In this document: in pieces, positions 37,950-48,677 of the stretch | How positions within the stretch are numbered: the stretch's first letter is position 1 | Layout: the number at the start of each line of letters is the position of its first letter | Assembly (NCBI GenBank): GCA_963807605.1 | Contig: CAWECG010000004.1 | Location: forward strand, 64,001-128,000 | Reading direction: 5' to 3' | Length of the DNA stretch: 64,000 nt | DNA from: Candidatus Bathyarchaeota archaeon | GTDB lineage: Archaea; Thermoproteota; Bathyarchaeia; 40CM-2-53-6; RBG-13-38-9 | Notes under the pieces: generated by a model | Databases searched by the model: none | What the model was told of the DNA's origin: nothing | Seen by the model: the letters and a program-made list of their open reading frames with translations, nothing else | Translations under genes and position numbers: made by a program

Positions 37950-38483
37950 ATGCTTGAGAAATTCAATCTACTCGTGTCGACTTCACGTGGTAATGAGCGA
38001 AACGCGTGCAGAGAGATCTGGTATCTGTTGAACGAGCTGGGTGACAAGAATCCCGAGGTTGACACTTCCCCTGCGATAGGCTTGACGGTTGCATTGACAT
38101 CGCTTGAACCGGTAGGGGTCGTATCCAAACTGCGCAGTATTCTCAAGGATAAGCCATGGGAGTTTCGATACATCCTGAAAATCGTCCCTTTAGAGCATAT
38201 GGTCCCAGCAGATCTATCGGAGATAGGGAGAACCTCACGACAGTTGGCTGAGAAGATAGGAACCGACGAATCTTATCGGGTCACTGTAAGAAAAAGACAT
38301 AACGAGTTAAGATCCAAGGACATAATCGAGGCTGTTGCATCCGGCATTGATAGAAGGATTGACCTGGATCATCCAGACAAGACAGTGCTGGTAGAGGTCA
38401 TTTCGGGATTTGCTGGGATTTCCCTAATTACACAGGACAATATCTTGGGGATCGAGAAGGAAAGGCGGACTCTTAAGCGCTGA
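37950..38483 (+). CDS. THUMP domain protein (Tan1-like)
   Basis: FNLLVSTSRG.E, SYRVTVRKR, IDLDHPD..VLVEV. Confidence 0.88.
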   Translation: MLEKFNLLVSTSRGNERNACREIWYLLNELGDKNPEVDTSPAIGLTVALTSLEPVGVVSKLRSILKDKPWEFRYILKIVPLEHMVPADLSEIGRTSRQLAEKIGTDESYRVTVRKRHNELRSKDIIEAVASGIDRRIDLDHPDKTVLVEVISGFAGISLITQDNILGIEKERRTLKR

Positions 38484-39042
38484 CTGATAGAAGTGCCATC
38501 ATCTCAACAACGAGTTTCTCCAAAACCACTCTTTCTGAGGAGTCTTGCAGGCCGATAGACCGAAGTTCTGCATCGGATATTCCGAATATTCTTCTTAACC
38601 GATCCAGTTTCTCACGGCTCCAATCGTTGAGAAACGAGCTGTCGAGGTTTAATGTCAGGATTTGAGGGATCGACTCTTTGAGCCTCTCCAGTTCTGCCCT
38701 ATCTTTAGATACCGCTACCAAGATTAGTTGCGCGACATCTCCCTTGACTCCAAGCATTTCAACGCTGTTCTTGATTTGACGTTGAGCCGAAGCGTACACA
38801 AGTATTTCAAGGGAGAGATCATCGCAGATCATCCGGCCGTTTTGTTTAGCTTCCAGCGCATTGAGAACAGCGAAGAGGATATGGTCGTAACCCAGAATCT
38901 TGCTTCCGTCCATAATTTGAATTGTGCTACTCGGGGCAATCTCTCTGAATCTTTCCATCAGTTCTGCGAATTCGATTTTGTCATTTGAGATAAGACCCTC
39001 GATCAATAGCGTCTGGTTGTACTGAGGGAGTTGAGTTATCAT
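38473..39042 (-). CDS. cgi121: KEOPS complex subunit Cgi121
   Basis: LEILVYASAQRQIKNSV..LGV. Confidence 0.9.
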   Translation of the reverse strand: MITQLPQYNQTLLIEGLISNDKIEFAELMERFREIAPSSTIQIMDGSKILGYDHILFAVLNALEAKQNGRMICDDLSLEILVYASAQRQIKNSVEMLGVKGDVAQLILVAVSKDRAELERLKESIPQILTLNLDSSFLNDWSREKLDRLRRIFGISDAELRSIGLQDSSERVVLEKLVVEMMALLSVSA

Positions 39043-39054
39043 GATCTCACTAGG

Positions 39055-39858
39055 TCATTGGTTTTTCAGATTATCTTGGGATGAGAGGAACATGTGGCGT
39101 CCTCTAGTCTCAACAGCAACCTCCAAGTGGCGGATAGCCTCCTTTAGAAGAAGACTGCAAGTTTGCTCATTCTCTCCAAAAGCCAGAATCTCGATAGGAA
39201 GGCCGGTGGCCGGAACATATCCGCTAACCAAGGGCTTTAGGTAAACAGTGCCGAGTTTGCTTTCGATCTCTTCAGTAAGCGGAGTGACTTCCGACTCGAA
39301 CATGTCCACAAACACCCTTTGCGAGCGAGCTCTGTGCTCTCCGTCTTTTCTAATGAGGTCGGATATCGATGCCTCGAATATTGCTTGAACCTCTTTCGGA
39401 GGACCCGGCATCACCACGAGTGTCGTCTCAGCTATCTTGAGAACTGTGCAAGGAGACACCCCCAATGGGTTGGTGACAGCGGTGCCTCCCGAGAGAGTTC
39501 TAGCCATTCTGATAAAGTGCTGTGGCAACTTCTCTTGGGGAATCCCTTTACGCTCTGAAACCTTCTCAAGTGTCAACTGGTTCGTAACTATACTTGAGTG
39601 GGTTAACTTTGAGATCGCGTCTATTGTCTTATCATCTTTTGTTGGACCAAGTCCTCCAGTAACCAGTACAAAACTAGGTTTCCTGCCAAAGGATTCTTCA
39701 AGAACTCTGCAGATTTGGTCCTCATAATCTCTGACGCAGGTTATTCTGGTGACTGTGCCGCCTAGAAGTGTAACCTTATCGGCTAACCAGAATGAGTTTG
39801 TGTCGGCAACCTTGCCATAACAGAGCTCGCTGCCTACAGCTACAATCTCGATGTCCAT
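39055..39858 (-). CDS. CinA-like molybdopterin-binding domain protein
   Basis: VGSELCYG...DTNSFWL, TGGLGPTKDD, PGPPKE. Confidence 0.9.
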   Translation of the reverse strand: MDIEIVAVGSELCYGKVADTNSFWLADKVTLLGGTVTRITCVRDYEDQICRVLEESFGRKPSFVLVTGGLGPTKDDKTIDAISKLTHSSIVTNQLTLEKVSERKGIPQEKLPQHFIRMARTLSGGTAVTNPLGVSPCTVLKIAETTLVVMPGPPKEVQAIFEASISDLIRKDGEHRARSQRVFVDMFESEVTPLTEEIESKLGTVYLKPLVSGYVPATGLPIEILAFGENEQTCSLLLKEAIRHLEVAVETRGRHMFLSSQDNLKNQ

Positions 39859-40091
39859 TGATTTGACTTCCAACCTGCGACTGCCTTGTTTCATGCATTT
39901 TGAACCTATTAATCTTCGCACAAATGTTTGCAGAAGAAAGCTCATTCAGAGAGACAAGGACAGGATCTCGACGATTCTGTCTGTAGTGGAACATTGTAGG
40001 GTAGAAGCGAAGAACGGTCCGATGCCCTTTTGGAGAAGCAGAAATCATAATTAAATCTGGGAGGAACAAATCCCTAACTAAGGAGATTCAC

Positions 40092-40817
40092 TTGGGTCTT
40101 AGAGCACTTCTCTTCGACTTAGGAGGAACCTTGACAACGAGGGATGTTGAAGATCGAGTCGTAGACGAGGCCGCCCTAAGTTCGCTGATGTATTATTTGG
40201 CTTCAAAAGGTATCGAGATCTCTGAAGAAGACTTTCTAACCAGATATTGGGCTCATTACCATATGATTCACGATCTTCGTGAACGTTTCATGATTGAGAT
40301 ACCCATGAGCATCTGGCTCGGCGGATTCGTCTACAGATCATTTCCTAAAGTTGCGAATGAAATCCTGAATACTATTGAGGCAACGATCGTTAATTCGAGA
40401 GTCAAATCAGCGATTCTATTTACGGAAACCGTGAGTGTTCTTGAAGAATTGCAATCCAAATACCTACTTGGCGTGGTCACAAATACGTCATCTGACCAGG
40501 TAGCCCGGCAGATACTAAGATCACTGAGGCTAAACAGATTCTTTGAGTGCGTGATTACCTCAGCAGAATTCGGGGTTCGGAAACCATATCCAGGTATCTT
40601 CCTTTGTGCTCTAAGAGAACTGTATGCAAAAGCCGAGGATGCAATGTTCATTGGCGACTCTTTGAAATATGATATCGTGGGCGCAAAAATGTCTCATATC
40701 AAGAGTTGCTTCATTAATCACAAAGGCGTCAAGCCGCCACGTGGATCCGCCCAGCCGGACTTGATCGTGGAGAATCTGGCTGAGTTGCCGGTAGCCTTAG
40801 AATCAATCTCTCCATGA
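40092..40817 (+). CDS. HAD-superfamily hydrolase
   Basis: FDLGGTL, VVTN, RKPYPGIF, IGDSLKYD. Confidence 0.92.
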   Translation: MGLRALLFDLGGTLTTRDVEDRVVDEAALSSLMYYLASKGIEISEEDFLTRYWAHYHMIHDLRERFMIEIPMSIWLGGFVYRSFPKVANEILNTIEATIVNSRVKSAILFTETVSVLEELQSKYLLGVVTNTSSDQVARQILRSLRLNRFFECVITSAEFGVRKPYPGIFLCALRELYAKAEDAMFIGDSLKYDIVGAKMSHIKSCFINHKGVKPPRGSAQPDLIVENLAELPVALESISP

Positions 40818-40945
40818 GTACGAATTACCCCTTCTGTCTCTCTCGCATAGCCCTGCCTTAAGAAGCGGGCAATCCTAGCTGACCATAAACCTTAAAACAT
40901 TCTAATCCAGCCAGATAAATTCCTTAGTTTGTGAGGAGGTTCGCC

Positions 40946-41041
40946 TTGATAATAGACAGAACGAAGTGGAGTGTGGAAGAAGAGCCTGGCGAGGAGGAAG
41001 AGTGGGGCGAGGAAGAAGGTTGGGAAGAAGAGGAGTGGTAG
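40946..41041 (+). CDS. Putative 31-aa acidic Glu/Trp micropeptide
   Basis: GAGGAGGT ribosome-binding site then TTG; LIIDRTKWSVEEEPGEEEEWGEEEGWEEEEW*. Confidence 0.6.
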   Translation: MIIDRTKWSVEEEPGEEEEWGEEEGWEEEEW

Positions 41042-41107
41042 CCCTACCCTCGCGAGTCTCCTTCTTCAATTTCGTGTAACTTTTAGTTTCTCTACCGGAT
41101 GAATCCC

Positions 41108-42907
41108 ATGGCAAGAGTTGCAGTACTAGACAGGGACGCCTGTAAGCCAAAGGAGTGCGGATCCCTATGTGTCAAGTTCTGTCCTAAGGTTAGAACCAGA
41201 GTCGAGACTATAAAATTCATAGAGCATGAAAAAACGCCCATAATAACTGAGGCGCTATGCACTGGTTGCGGAATCTGCGTGAAGAAGTGCCCTTTCAAGG
41301 CTATAACGATAGTGAACCTTCCGGAAGAACTGGAGGGTGAGTGCAGTCATCGGTTCGGGCCCAATCTCTTCAAGCTCTATCGCCTTCCAATGCCCAAAAA
41401 GGGCCTTGTTACGGGGATCTTGGGCAGAAATGGAACAGGTAAAACTACGGCTCTGCAGATTCTTGCCGGCGAGCTGACGCCTAATCTGGGAGATTTTGAG
41501 ACCCAACCAGATTGGCAAGAGATAATACTGAAGTACAGAGGGTCAAGCCTCCAAACATACTTCGAGAGACTTTCAACAGGCAGACTAAAGGTTGTTCACA
41601 AGCCTCAATACGTTGACAAGATTACATATCCAGTCAAAGGTAAAGTCGCAGAGATCTTGGATGCTGCGGATGAGAAGGGTGTGATGCAGAAGCTCGCTCA
41701 AGACTTGCAGCTCCAAAAGATAATGGATCGGTCGATCGAAGTCCTAAGCGGTGGCGAGCTCCAGAGAGTTGCTATAGCAGCAGCGGCCGCTCGGCGAGGG
41801 GACGTCTACATATTTGATGAACCGTCGAGTCACCTAGATGTCAGCCAGAGGATTCGGGCTTCCAGAATAATCAGGGAGCTTGTCACAGAGAACGTGATTG
41901 TAATAGTGTCAGAGCACGATCTGGCTATGCTTGATTATCTCTCCGATCAGGTTTGCCTCATCTACGGTGAGCCAGGAGTCTACGGTATAGTCTCACACAT
42001 ACATGGACTGGGCGAGGGTATAAACATCTACCTGAGTGGCTTCATACCTGACGAGAATATGCGCTTTAGGGTCGAACCTATCAGATTCCATGTTAAACCG
42101 GCCAGAGAGGCGAGAGAAGAGGGCGGTGAGAAGATCCGGTGGGAAAGAATGACCGAACATCGAGGAGACTTCACTTTAGAAGTTGGGTCTGGTGAGATCG
42201 GTCAGGGCGAAGTTGTTGGAGTGTTGGGTCCTAATGGTATTGGGAAGACCACCTTCATAAAGCTCCTAGCAGGCGTGGACAGCTCGAGCAACACCAATCA
42301 GATACCTCTTTCTTTCCGCACTGTAAGCTACAAGCCACAATACATAGCGACTCAGTACTCCGGTCAAGTCCGTGAATTGCTTTCCAACCTTTCGCCAAAC
42401 AGTTACGGAACAGATCGCTATGAGAGTGAATTCCTGAGGCCTCTTGGACTGACGAAGCTCCTTGACAGAGATCTCAAAGATCTTAGCGGAGGAGAACTCC
42501 AGAGGGTAGCAATAGCAGCCTGTCTGTCCAGAAGTGCAAAGGTATTTCTCCTTGATGAGCCCAGCGCATATCTTGATGTAGAGGAGAGGCTTGTCGTTGC
42601 CAAGTTGATTCGGAGAACTGCAGAAGAACGAAGCGCTTTCGTTTTCGTCGTAGAACACGATATCGTTGCGCAAGACTTCGTTTCAGATCGCTTAATGATA
42701 TTCGAAGGGCAGCCTGGAGTGAAGGGCAAGGCGAATAAACCCGTTTCCTTGAGGGAGGGCATGAATACCTTTCTCTCCATGATGAACATGACGTTCAGAA
42801 GAGATCCAGATTCTGGCAGGCCAAGAGTCAATAAACCTGAAAGCAGACTCGACAGGACGCAGAAAGAAATAGGCGAGTACTACTACATCCCTACTTCTCA
42901 AGATTGA
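41108..42907 (+). CDS. abcE1: Ribosome recycling ATPase ABCE1/Rli1
   Basis: N-terminal 4Fe-4S Cys motifs, two ABC domains, FRRD...RPRVNK. Confidence 0.97.
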   Translation: MARVAVLDRDACKPKECGSLCVKFCPKVRTRVETIKFIEHEKTPIITEALCTGCGICVKKCPFKAITIVNLPEELEGECSHRFGPNLFKLYRLPMPKKGLVTGILGRNGTGKTTALQILAGELTPNLGDFETQPDWQEIILKYRGSSLQTYFERLSTGRLKVVHKPQYVDKITYPVKGKVAEILDAADEKGVMQKLAQDLQLQKIMDRSIEVLSGGELQRVAIAAAAARRGDVYIFDEPSSHLDVSQRIRASRIIRELVTENVIVIVSEHDLAMLDYLSDQVCLIYGEPGVYGIVSHIHGLGEGINIYLSGFIPDENMRFRVEPIRFHVKPAREAREEGGEKIRWERMTEHRGDFTLEVGSGEIGQGEVVGVLGPNGIGKTTFIKLLAGVDSSSNTNQIPLSFRTVSYKPQYIATQYSGQVRELLSNLSPNSYGTDRYESEFLRPLGLTKLLDRDLKDLSGGELQRVAIAACLSRSAKVFLLDEPSAYLDVEERLVVAKLIRRTAEERSAFVFVVEHDIVAQDFVSDRLMIFEGQPGVKGKANKPVSLREGMNTFLSMMNMTFRRDPDSGRPRVNKPESRLDRTQKEIGEYYYIPTSQD

Positions 42908-42984
42908 TTAAACCTATGCTTAGGCTCACAGCAAAAGACACAAATTAGAGTCCTCCATCAAGGCCTTTGAGATGTATCCAGAAC

Positions 42985-43194
42985 ATGGCCAATTACTGTC
43001 CAGAGTGCGGCGGGGAACTCGGATATGATCCAGTAATCAAACAATACGCCTGCAAGAGCTGTGGATTGACATTCACCTCCCAACAACTCATGGAGGAAAA
43101 AGACAAGATGTTTGACAGGAGGGAGGGCGTTCTAGATCAGAAGAAGAAGAGACAGGATGACTACTTGAAGTGGTGGCTCTCAAAGAAAGATTAA
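42985..43194 (+). CDS. Small Zn-ribbon protein
   Basis: CPECGG...CKSCG, YLKWWLS. Confidence 0.75.
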   Translation: MANYCPECGGELGYDPVIKQYACKSCGLTFTSQQLMEEKDKMFDRREGVLDQKKKRQDDYLKWWLSKKD

Positions 43195-43216
43195 GGTCAG
43201 AACTCGTTGGATTAGA

Positions 43217-44089
43217 ATGACCTGTAAAGTGGAACTGCTGTGCATCGGTAACGAGCTGCTCATCGGCAAGACCCTGAATACTAATGCGCAATGGCTGTCA
43301 GAGAGAATAACGAAGCTAGGCGGGGATGTGACCAGGATAACAGTAGTAGGCGACGACATCAAGGCTATCTCATCGACAATCAGGGAGGTCTCGGAAAGAA
43401 AACCCGACGTGGTTATAACATCTGGAGGGTTAGGACCCACATTTGACGACAAGACTCTTCAAGGCTTCTCGAACCTATTCAAGAAGCCGCTAAGGCTCGA
43501 TCAAAATGCGCTTAGACTGGTAAGATCAAGATACTCAAAGATACTGGGAAAGCAAGACCTTCAGCTAACGCGACCTAGATTGAAGATGGCCATGTTGCCT
43601 GTCGGAGCAAGAGCTATACCTAATCTCGTTGGCACGGCTCCTGGGGTGACATTGATTGAAGGAGAAACGAGGTTCATTATTCTCCCCGGCGTCCCCGCTG
43701 AACTTCAATCGATATTCGAAAATAGCATTGCGCGGCTGATCAAGAAGATTGCTGGCAGACAACACTTCTATGAGGCCAGCATCATCGTCTATGGACTGCT
43801 AGAATCACAAGTTGCCCCAATAATAGATCAAGTCATGGCTGCCATTCCTGAGGTGTACATCAAATCCCACGCGAAAGGCGGAGAAGGAAGGGTAGGAGGT
43901 TTCATTGAACTGCATTTCTCATCGAAAGGGACAGAACGCAGAACTGTGAGACACAGAATCATGAGAGCGATCACCATGATGAGTGAGCTTCTGGGCAGAT
44001 CCAGACCGACACAGCAGCCAGCACAGAAAAGGATCTTCAAACAAGTGACGACGCTTTCGGCAGATTACCCTAAGGTCACCCCTAGATGA
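43217..44089 (+). CDS. CinA-like molybdopterin-binding domain protein
   Basis: IGNELLIG...NTNAQWL, SGGLGPTFDD, LPGVPAE. Confidence 0.9.
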   Translation: MTCKVELLCIGNELLIGKTLNTNAQWLSERITKLGGDVTRITVVGDDIKAISSTIREVSERKPDVVITSGGLGPTFDDKTLQGFSNLFKKPLRLDQNALRLVRSRYSKILGKQDLQLTRPRLKMAMLPVGARAIPNLVGTAPGVTLIEGETRFIILPGVPAELQSIFENSIARLIKKIAGRQHFYEASIIVYGLLESQVAPIIDQVMAAIPEVYIKSHAKGGEGRVGGFIELHFSSKGTERRTVRHRIMRAITMMSELLGRSRPTQQPAQKRIFKQVTTLSADYPKVTPR

Positions 44090-44847
44090 ACCTAATATTT
44101 ATTGTTGGTATGGCTGGATCCGGGAAATCCTCACTCGTCGGATTCTTCCAAGAATGGCTGAGACTCAATGAACAGAACACTGCCACTGTTAATCTCGATC
44201 CAGGAGTCACCAATCTGCCATACAATCCCGACATTGATGTCAGAAGCTACATCAATCTTGGCGAAATAATGGAGAAGTATCAGCTAGGTCCCAATGGTGG
44301 TCTTGTCGTGGCAGCGGATCTCATTGGCGATAATATCGAATTCATAAGTGACGGCTTAAGCGAAATAGAACCCGACATTGTCTTAGTAGACACCCCTGGA
44401 CAGATCGAGCTATTTGCACTGAGAGAGAGCGGACCATTCATAGCCAATGAGATCGCGAAGTGTCCGAAAGCCGTAGTTTACCTATTCGATGGACCATTCT
44501 CTTCCAAACCACTGAACTACATTTCCAATACCTATCTTGCAGCAGCAGTCTACACAAGACTTCTCAAACCCCAAGTGTACGCTCTGACAAAAGCAGACCT
44601 TCTGGACAAAGAGAGACTTCAGGAGACGCTTAGCTGGGCCAAGCGTCCTTCAAGATTGATCGAGGCTCTAGAGAAAGGCCCGAACAAGACCGCTTCACTC
44701 GTGGGAAGTGACCTCTCAAGAGCCATATTCAGAACTAACCTGAGCTTTGATCTTATCCCAACCGCCTCAAAACAGTACTTGGGATTTTTGAATCTAAATG
44801 CGGCACTGACGCGGATTTTGACTGGTGGGGAAGAACTTCGGCCATGA
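44086..44847 (+). CDS. GPN-loop GTPase
   Basis: GMAGSGKS, NLDPG, LGPNG, DTPGQIE. Confidence 0.95.
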   Translation: MNLIFIVGMAGSGKSSLVGFFQEWLRLNEQNTATVNLDPGVTNLPYNPDIDVRSYINLGEIMEKYQLGPNGGLVVAADLIGDNIEFISDGLSEIEPDIVLVDTPGQIELFALRESGPFIANEIAKCPKAVVYLFDGPFSSKPLNYISNTYLAAAVYTRLLKPQVYALTKADLLDKERLQETLSWAKRPSRLIEALEKGPNKTASLVGSDLSRAIFRTNLSFDLIPTASKQYLGFLNLNAALTRILTGGEELRP

Positions 44848-45186
44848 CCGCCAAGAGATGCTTGACCTTGACGAAGCGAATCTCGGATTCTGCAAAAGAA
44901 CTCCCTTGAATGCATAATTATGGCCGGGCCAGCTCAACATAGAAGACATCTGATTAGCTCGCAATTTGCGATAGTTGATATCTCGAAGAATTGCCAAGCT
45001 ACTTTCACCCGAATCGATCACCAAAATGAATAGAGAAATCCTTAAGTGTTGACTTTCTGCACTACCTTGGAAAATGACGGATGGTTGATACATTCCGTCA
45101 ATCAAGTCTTTGCTATACACGTGGTTTTGACTTGACAAGAAATGAACGAAGATATTGCCCGAGCTAAGTATACGGATGTGTATGTG

Positions 45187-45891
45187 ATGGGAAAAACGTC
45201 TACTAAGATAATCGAGAACGCCCTTGATGAAGGCAGACTTAACCTGCTCGAACCAGAGGCAAAGGCCATATGCATAGATTACGGAATTTCGACTCCAGAT
45301 TTCTCCGTAGCCTCGAGCAAAGATGAGGCTTTGGAAGCTTCCAAGAAGTTAGGTTACCCCGTAGTCCTGAAGATCGTCTCACCCGACATTCTTCATAAGA
45401 CGGAGGCCGGGGGCGTCATTGTAGGCTTGAATAGCGCCGAAGAGGTCGAGAAGGGCTACGACCAGATAATCCAAAATTCGAAGCGTTACAAAGTTGACGC
45501 GAAGATAAACGGCGTCTTGGTCCAGAAGATGGCTCCTAAGGGAACAGAGGTAATCGTGGGTGGACTTAAGGATCCACAGTTCGGACAAACCTTAATGTTC
45601 GGTCTTGGTGGCGTCTTCGTAGAAATATTGAAGGACGTCACATTCAGAATAGCCCCTATAGATGAGTCTGACGCACGATCCATGATGGCTGAGATAAAGG
45701 CGTACCCGCTCTTAAAGGGATATAGAGGCCAAGAACCCGTTGACGAGGATGCAATTGTCAAGATATTGCTGCAAGCATCCAAGCTTCTAATGGATCTCCC
45801 AGAGATAAATCAAATGGACCTTAATCCCATCATGGCTTATAACAAAGGAGCCAGCGTTGTAGATGCCAGAATGCTACTGGAAAAGCGGTAG
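45187..45891 (+). CDS. acdB: ADP-forming acetate/acyl-CoA ligase beta subunit
   Basis: GYPVVLKIVSPDILHKTEAGGV, DPQFG, MDLNP. Confidence 0.9.
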   Translation: MGKTSTKIIENALDEGRLNLLEPEAKAICIDYGISTPDFSVASSKDEALEASKKLGYPVVLKIVSPDILHKTEAGGVIVGLNSAEEVEKGYDQIIQNSKRYKVDAKINGVLVQKMAPKGTEVIVGGLKDPQFGQTLMFGLGGVFVEILKDVTFRIAPIDESDARSMMAEIKAYPLLKGYRGQEPVDEDAIVKILLQASKLLMDLPEINQMDLNPIMAYNKGASVVDARMLLEKR

Positions 45892-45963
45892 AGATTCAGA
45901 ATAATTCTAAGATAACGTTGAGTCGTTTATGCCAAAATACGGTCAGATTACTGGAACTGCTCA

Positions 45964-46326
45964 GTGGATCTGACCGTGACCGACTTGAAAGTCTACGTTG
46001 ACGGCTCAGGGAAGAACGGTACCTACTGCTATCTTGTAGCAGGGTCTAACCCTCGAATATTCACAGAAGGAAATCTAACAAACAACCAGGCCGAGTACAA
46101 AGCAATAATTGCAGCACTTAGAGAGCTTCCGGGAGAAGACCTCACAGTGTATTCTGACAGTCAACTGGCTGTAAGACAACTGAACGGCATATACCAAATA
46201 AAAGACCCTGAACTTAGGAATCTGGCTTCAAGGGTTCATGGATTATGTCAAAACAGAGAAATCCACTTCAAATGGCTTCCGCGTGAACGAAATCTGGCAG
46301 GAAAGATACTTGAGAAGTTTGTTTGA
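45964..46326 (+). CDS. Ribonuclease HI family protein
   Basis: YVDGSG, TNNQAEY, SDSQL, PRERN.A. Confidence 0.88.
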   Translation: MDLTVTDLKVYVDGSGKNGTYCYLVAGSNPRIFTEGNLTNNQAEYKAIIAALRELPGEDLTVYSDSQLAVRQLNGIYQIKDPELRNLASRVHGLCQNREIHFKWLPRERNLAGKILEKFV

Positions 46327-46398
46327 ACTTGAGCAGCTTCATAGACTGATGAAGAGAACCTGTCATGCCACGACAATAGCGCAGAATATATAGGAAAG

Positions 46399-46593
46399 AT
46401 GACTCAACAGAAAGAAGACCAATCAAAGCATTTTCGAAGGCAGGATAAAGTGAAAAAGGAAGAGAGTAACAAATGCCCGCGTTGCGGAGCAGAACTATCA
46501 AAGAAAGCTTCGATAAGAGATTATAGCTACATGTTTATGCTAGTATGCGAGAAGTGTGGATATACCTCAACGGAAAAGCCTGTAAGTATATAG
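46399..46593 (+). CDS. Small Zn-ribbon protein
   Basis: CPRCG...CEKCGY. Confidence 0.6.
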   Translation: MTQQKEDQSKHFRRQDKVKKEESNKCPRCGAELSKKASIRDYSYMFMLVCEKCGYTSTEKPVSI

Positions 46594-46722
46594 TTACTTA
46601 AATACCCACAGATGATGCACACGATGCAAGTCGAATATCTGCAGGGTCACTCATGGCCATCAAGACTGTAGAGTTCATGAACAGCCTCCACGAACCAACT
46701 AATAGCGAGGGATGAGGCTTCA

Positions 46723-47595
46723 ATGGAAGACAATGAAGCTGAAGCCAGGTATGAGCTGATAGATGCCGTTGAGGCCGGACTCGAAAAGATTAGGACTCAA
46801 CGAGCAAAACTTCAGGATGACTGCAAAACATGGGTCGAACGTCGCAACAACTTCAACGGCGAACTCAAGGAACTGAGCGAAAAGATAAGAAATATCAAGA
46901 ATGAAAGGGATGCTGTGAACTCCGAGGTCAAGGCTCTCAAGGAATCCAGAGACAAGATCCGGGCGGAGATAACAGAGAAACACAACAAGATTGCTTTGAT
47001 TCTAATACCTCTCAAAGAATTCCGTTCACAAGTTCAAGGTACTTTCCATCAGACAAAGAGCTCCTTTGAAGAACTCGAATGGGAATTACAGACATCATGT
47101 CTCGATCCGAAGGAAGAAAGCAGGCTCTTAAGACAGGTCAAAGAACTGGAGTTGCAGCTTGTGAAACATCAGCGAGTGAATGAGCTTAAGGCGATAATTA
47201 CGGAGCATAGAGCTGCCATTGAACCCCTGAAGCCTAACGCTCAATCAATTCACCAGAAGATCCTAGCGACTGCTGAAGTGAGTGCACGATTGCATGGAGA
47301 GATGATGCAGCTTGTTACTAAACTGAAGGAGATTAAGACCGCAGCGGATGAAGCGCATAGAAAGTACGTAGAAGCACGAAATGAGTCCGAACGGTTAGAA
47401 CAGGAGCTTGTGCGCATTGTCTTGGAGAAAAAGAGACTTCGGAGTGAGATCCTAGGAGACGAGGAGACCGAGCGCTTGAAGAAGCGAAAAGAATTCGCTG
47501 ACAGACTTGCCGAGTCAGGCTCAGCAAAGCTGAGTCAAGGAAAGAGGTTGTCTCTTGAGGAGTTCAAGGTTCTGATGGAGCAGAAGAAGATCTAG
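46723..47595 (+). CDS. Archaeal coiled-coil protein (COG1340-like)
   Basis: Heptad-rich, LEWELQT..LDP.EE, GKRLSLEE. Confidence 0.8.
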   Translation: MEDNEAEARYELIDAVEAGLEKIRTQRAKLQDDCKTWVERRNNFNGELKELSEKIRNIKNERDAVNSEVKALKESRDKIRAEITEKHNKIALILIPLKEFRSQVQGTFHQTKSSFEELEWELQTSCLDPKEESRLLRQVKELELQLVKHQRVNELKAIITEHRAAIEPLKPNAQSIHQKILATAEVSARLHGEMMQLVTKLKEIKTAADEAHRKYVEARNESERLEQELVRIVLEKKRLRSEILGDEETERLKKRKEFADRLAESGSAKLSQGKRLSLEEFKVLMEQKKI

Positions 47596-47714
47596 TCACT
47601 GATCATCAATTGACTAGCGTAGTTCAATGAAGCCTCACATCAGTAAGGATCCACGAACAGAATGCCATCATATTCTTCAAGATTCGACGAAGTGTTTGGA
47701 AAGGGGATTTAGGC

Positions 47715-48497
47715 GTGCTCACAGGTTTTCTACGAGCAATAGGTGTCTACAAAGTATACGAAAAATGGTTGACCGAGCAGGTAAAGAGAGCCGATATGCC
47801 CCGGCACATTGGTGTCATTTTAGACGGTAACAGGCGGTGGGCCATAGAAAGGTCACTGACCGTTGCTGAGGGCCATTTTAGAGGCGCAATGAAGGGGGAA
47901 GACTTTCTTGATTGGTGTCTGAGCCTGGGTGTAAGGACAGTAACAATATATGCTTTCTCGGCGGAGAATTTTCAGAGATCATCAGATGAGGTAAAGAATA
48001 TTCTCTCAATTATAGAAAGACAAGCTCTACGACTCACGTCCGATTTGAGAATACATGACAAAAAAGTCAGAGTGAAGGCGCTCGGGAGGCTAGACTATCT
48101 TCCTGAGGGTCTAAGAAGGGTTCTCCAAGGAATTGAGGAGGCGACAATGGCCTACGACGGACACTACCTCAACATTGCGGTAGCATACGGAGGCAGAGCG
48201 GAGATAATTGACGCCACAAGGAATATCGCGCGCGACGTGAGCGAAGGCAAAGTGGCCATCGACCAAATAGACGAGACCTCTTTCATGAAATACCTCTACA
48301 CAGCTCATCTTCCAAACCCCTATCCCGACATGATAATTAGAACATCAGGTGAAGAACGCCTGAGCGGATTCTTACTTTGGCAATCTGCATACAGTGAACT
48401 CTGTTTCATCGATGTCTGGTGGCCTGACTTCAGAAAGATAGACCTACTCCGGGCTATACGAACATATCAGAAGCGCGTGAGGAAACTCGGTAAGTAG
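47715..48497 (+). CDS. uppS: cis-prenyltransferase (polyprenyl diphosphate synthase)
   Basis: HIGVILDGNRRWA, FSAENF.R, IRTSGEERLSGFLLWQ. Confidence 0.96.
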   Translation: MLTGFLRAIGVYKVYEKWLTEQVKRADMPRHIGVILDGNRRWAIERSLTVAEGHFRGAMKGEDFLDWCLSLGVRTVTIYAFSAENFQRSSDEVKNILSIIERQALRLTSDLRIHDKKVRVKALGRLDYLPEGLRRVLQGIEEATMAYDGHYLNIAVAYGGRAEIIDATRNIARDVSEGKVAIDQIDETSFMKYLYTAHLPNPYPDMIIRTSGEERLSGFLLWQSAYSELCFIDVWWPDFRKIDLLRAIRTYQKRVRKLGK

Positions 48498-48677
48498 ATT
48501 AAATCGAGCTTCAATATTGCAGGAATGGACGGCTGAAATTCAATGTGCCTCGCGAGAATTCAAGAGCGAGGAGCCGAAGAGGGGGCATTTGCCACAACCC
48601 GCTTATCAGTTCAGAAGCGAAGAGCCACAACTCAACCTAGAAGTCGCCCAAAGATCTCTGGGCGGTGATTTGGCAAT

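Noticed and set aside
48500-48670. H/ACA guide RNA (two GCCACA ends)
   Set aside because: The stems are weak and no clear K-turn or pseudouridylation pocket could be drawn.
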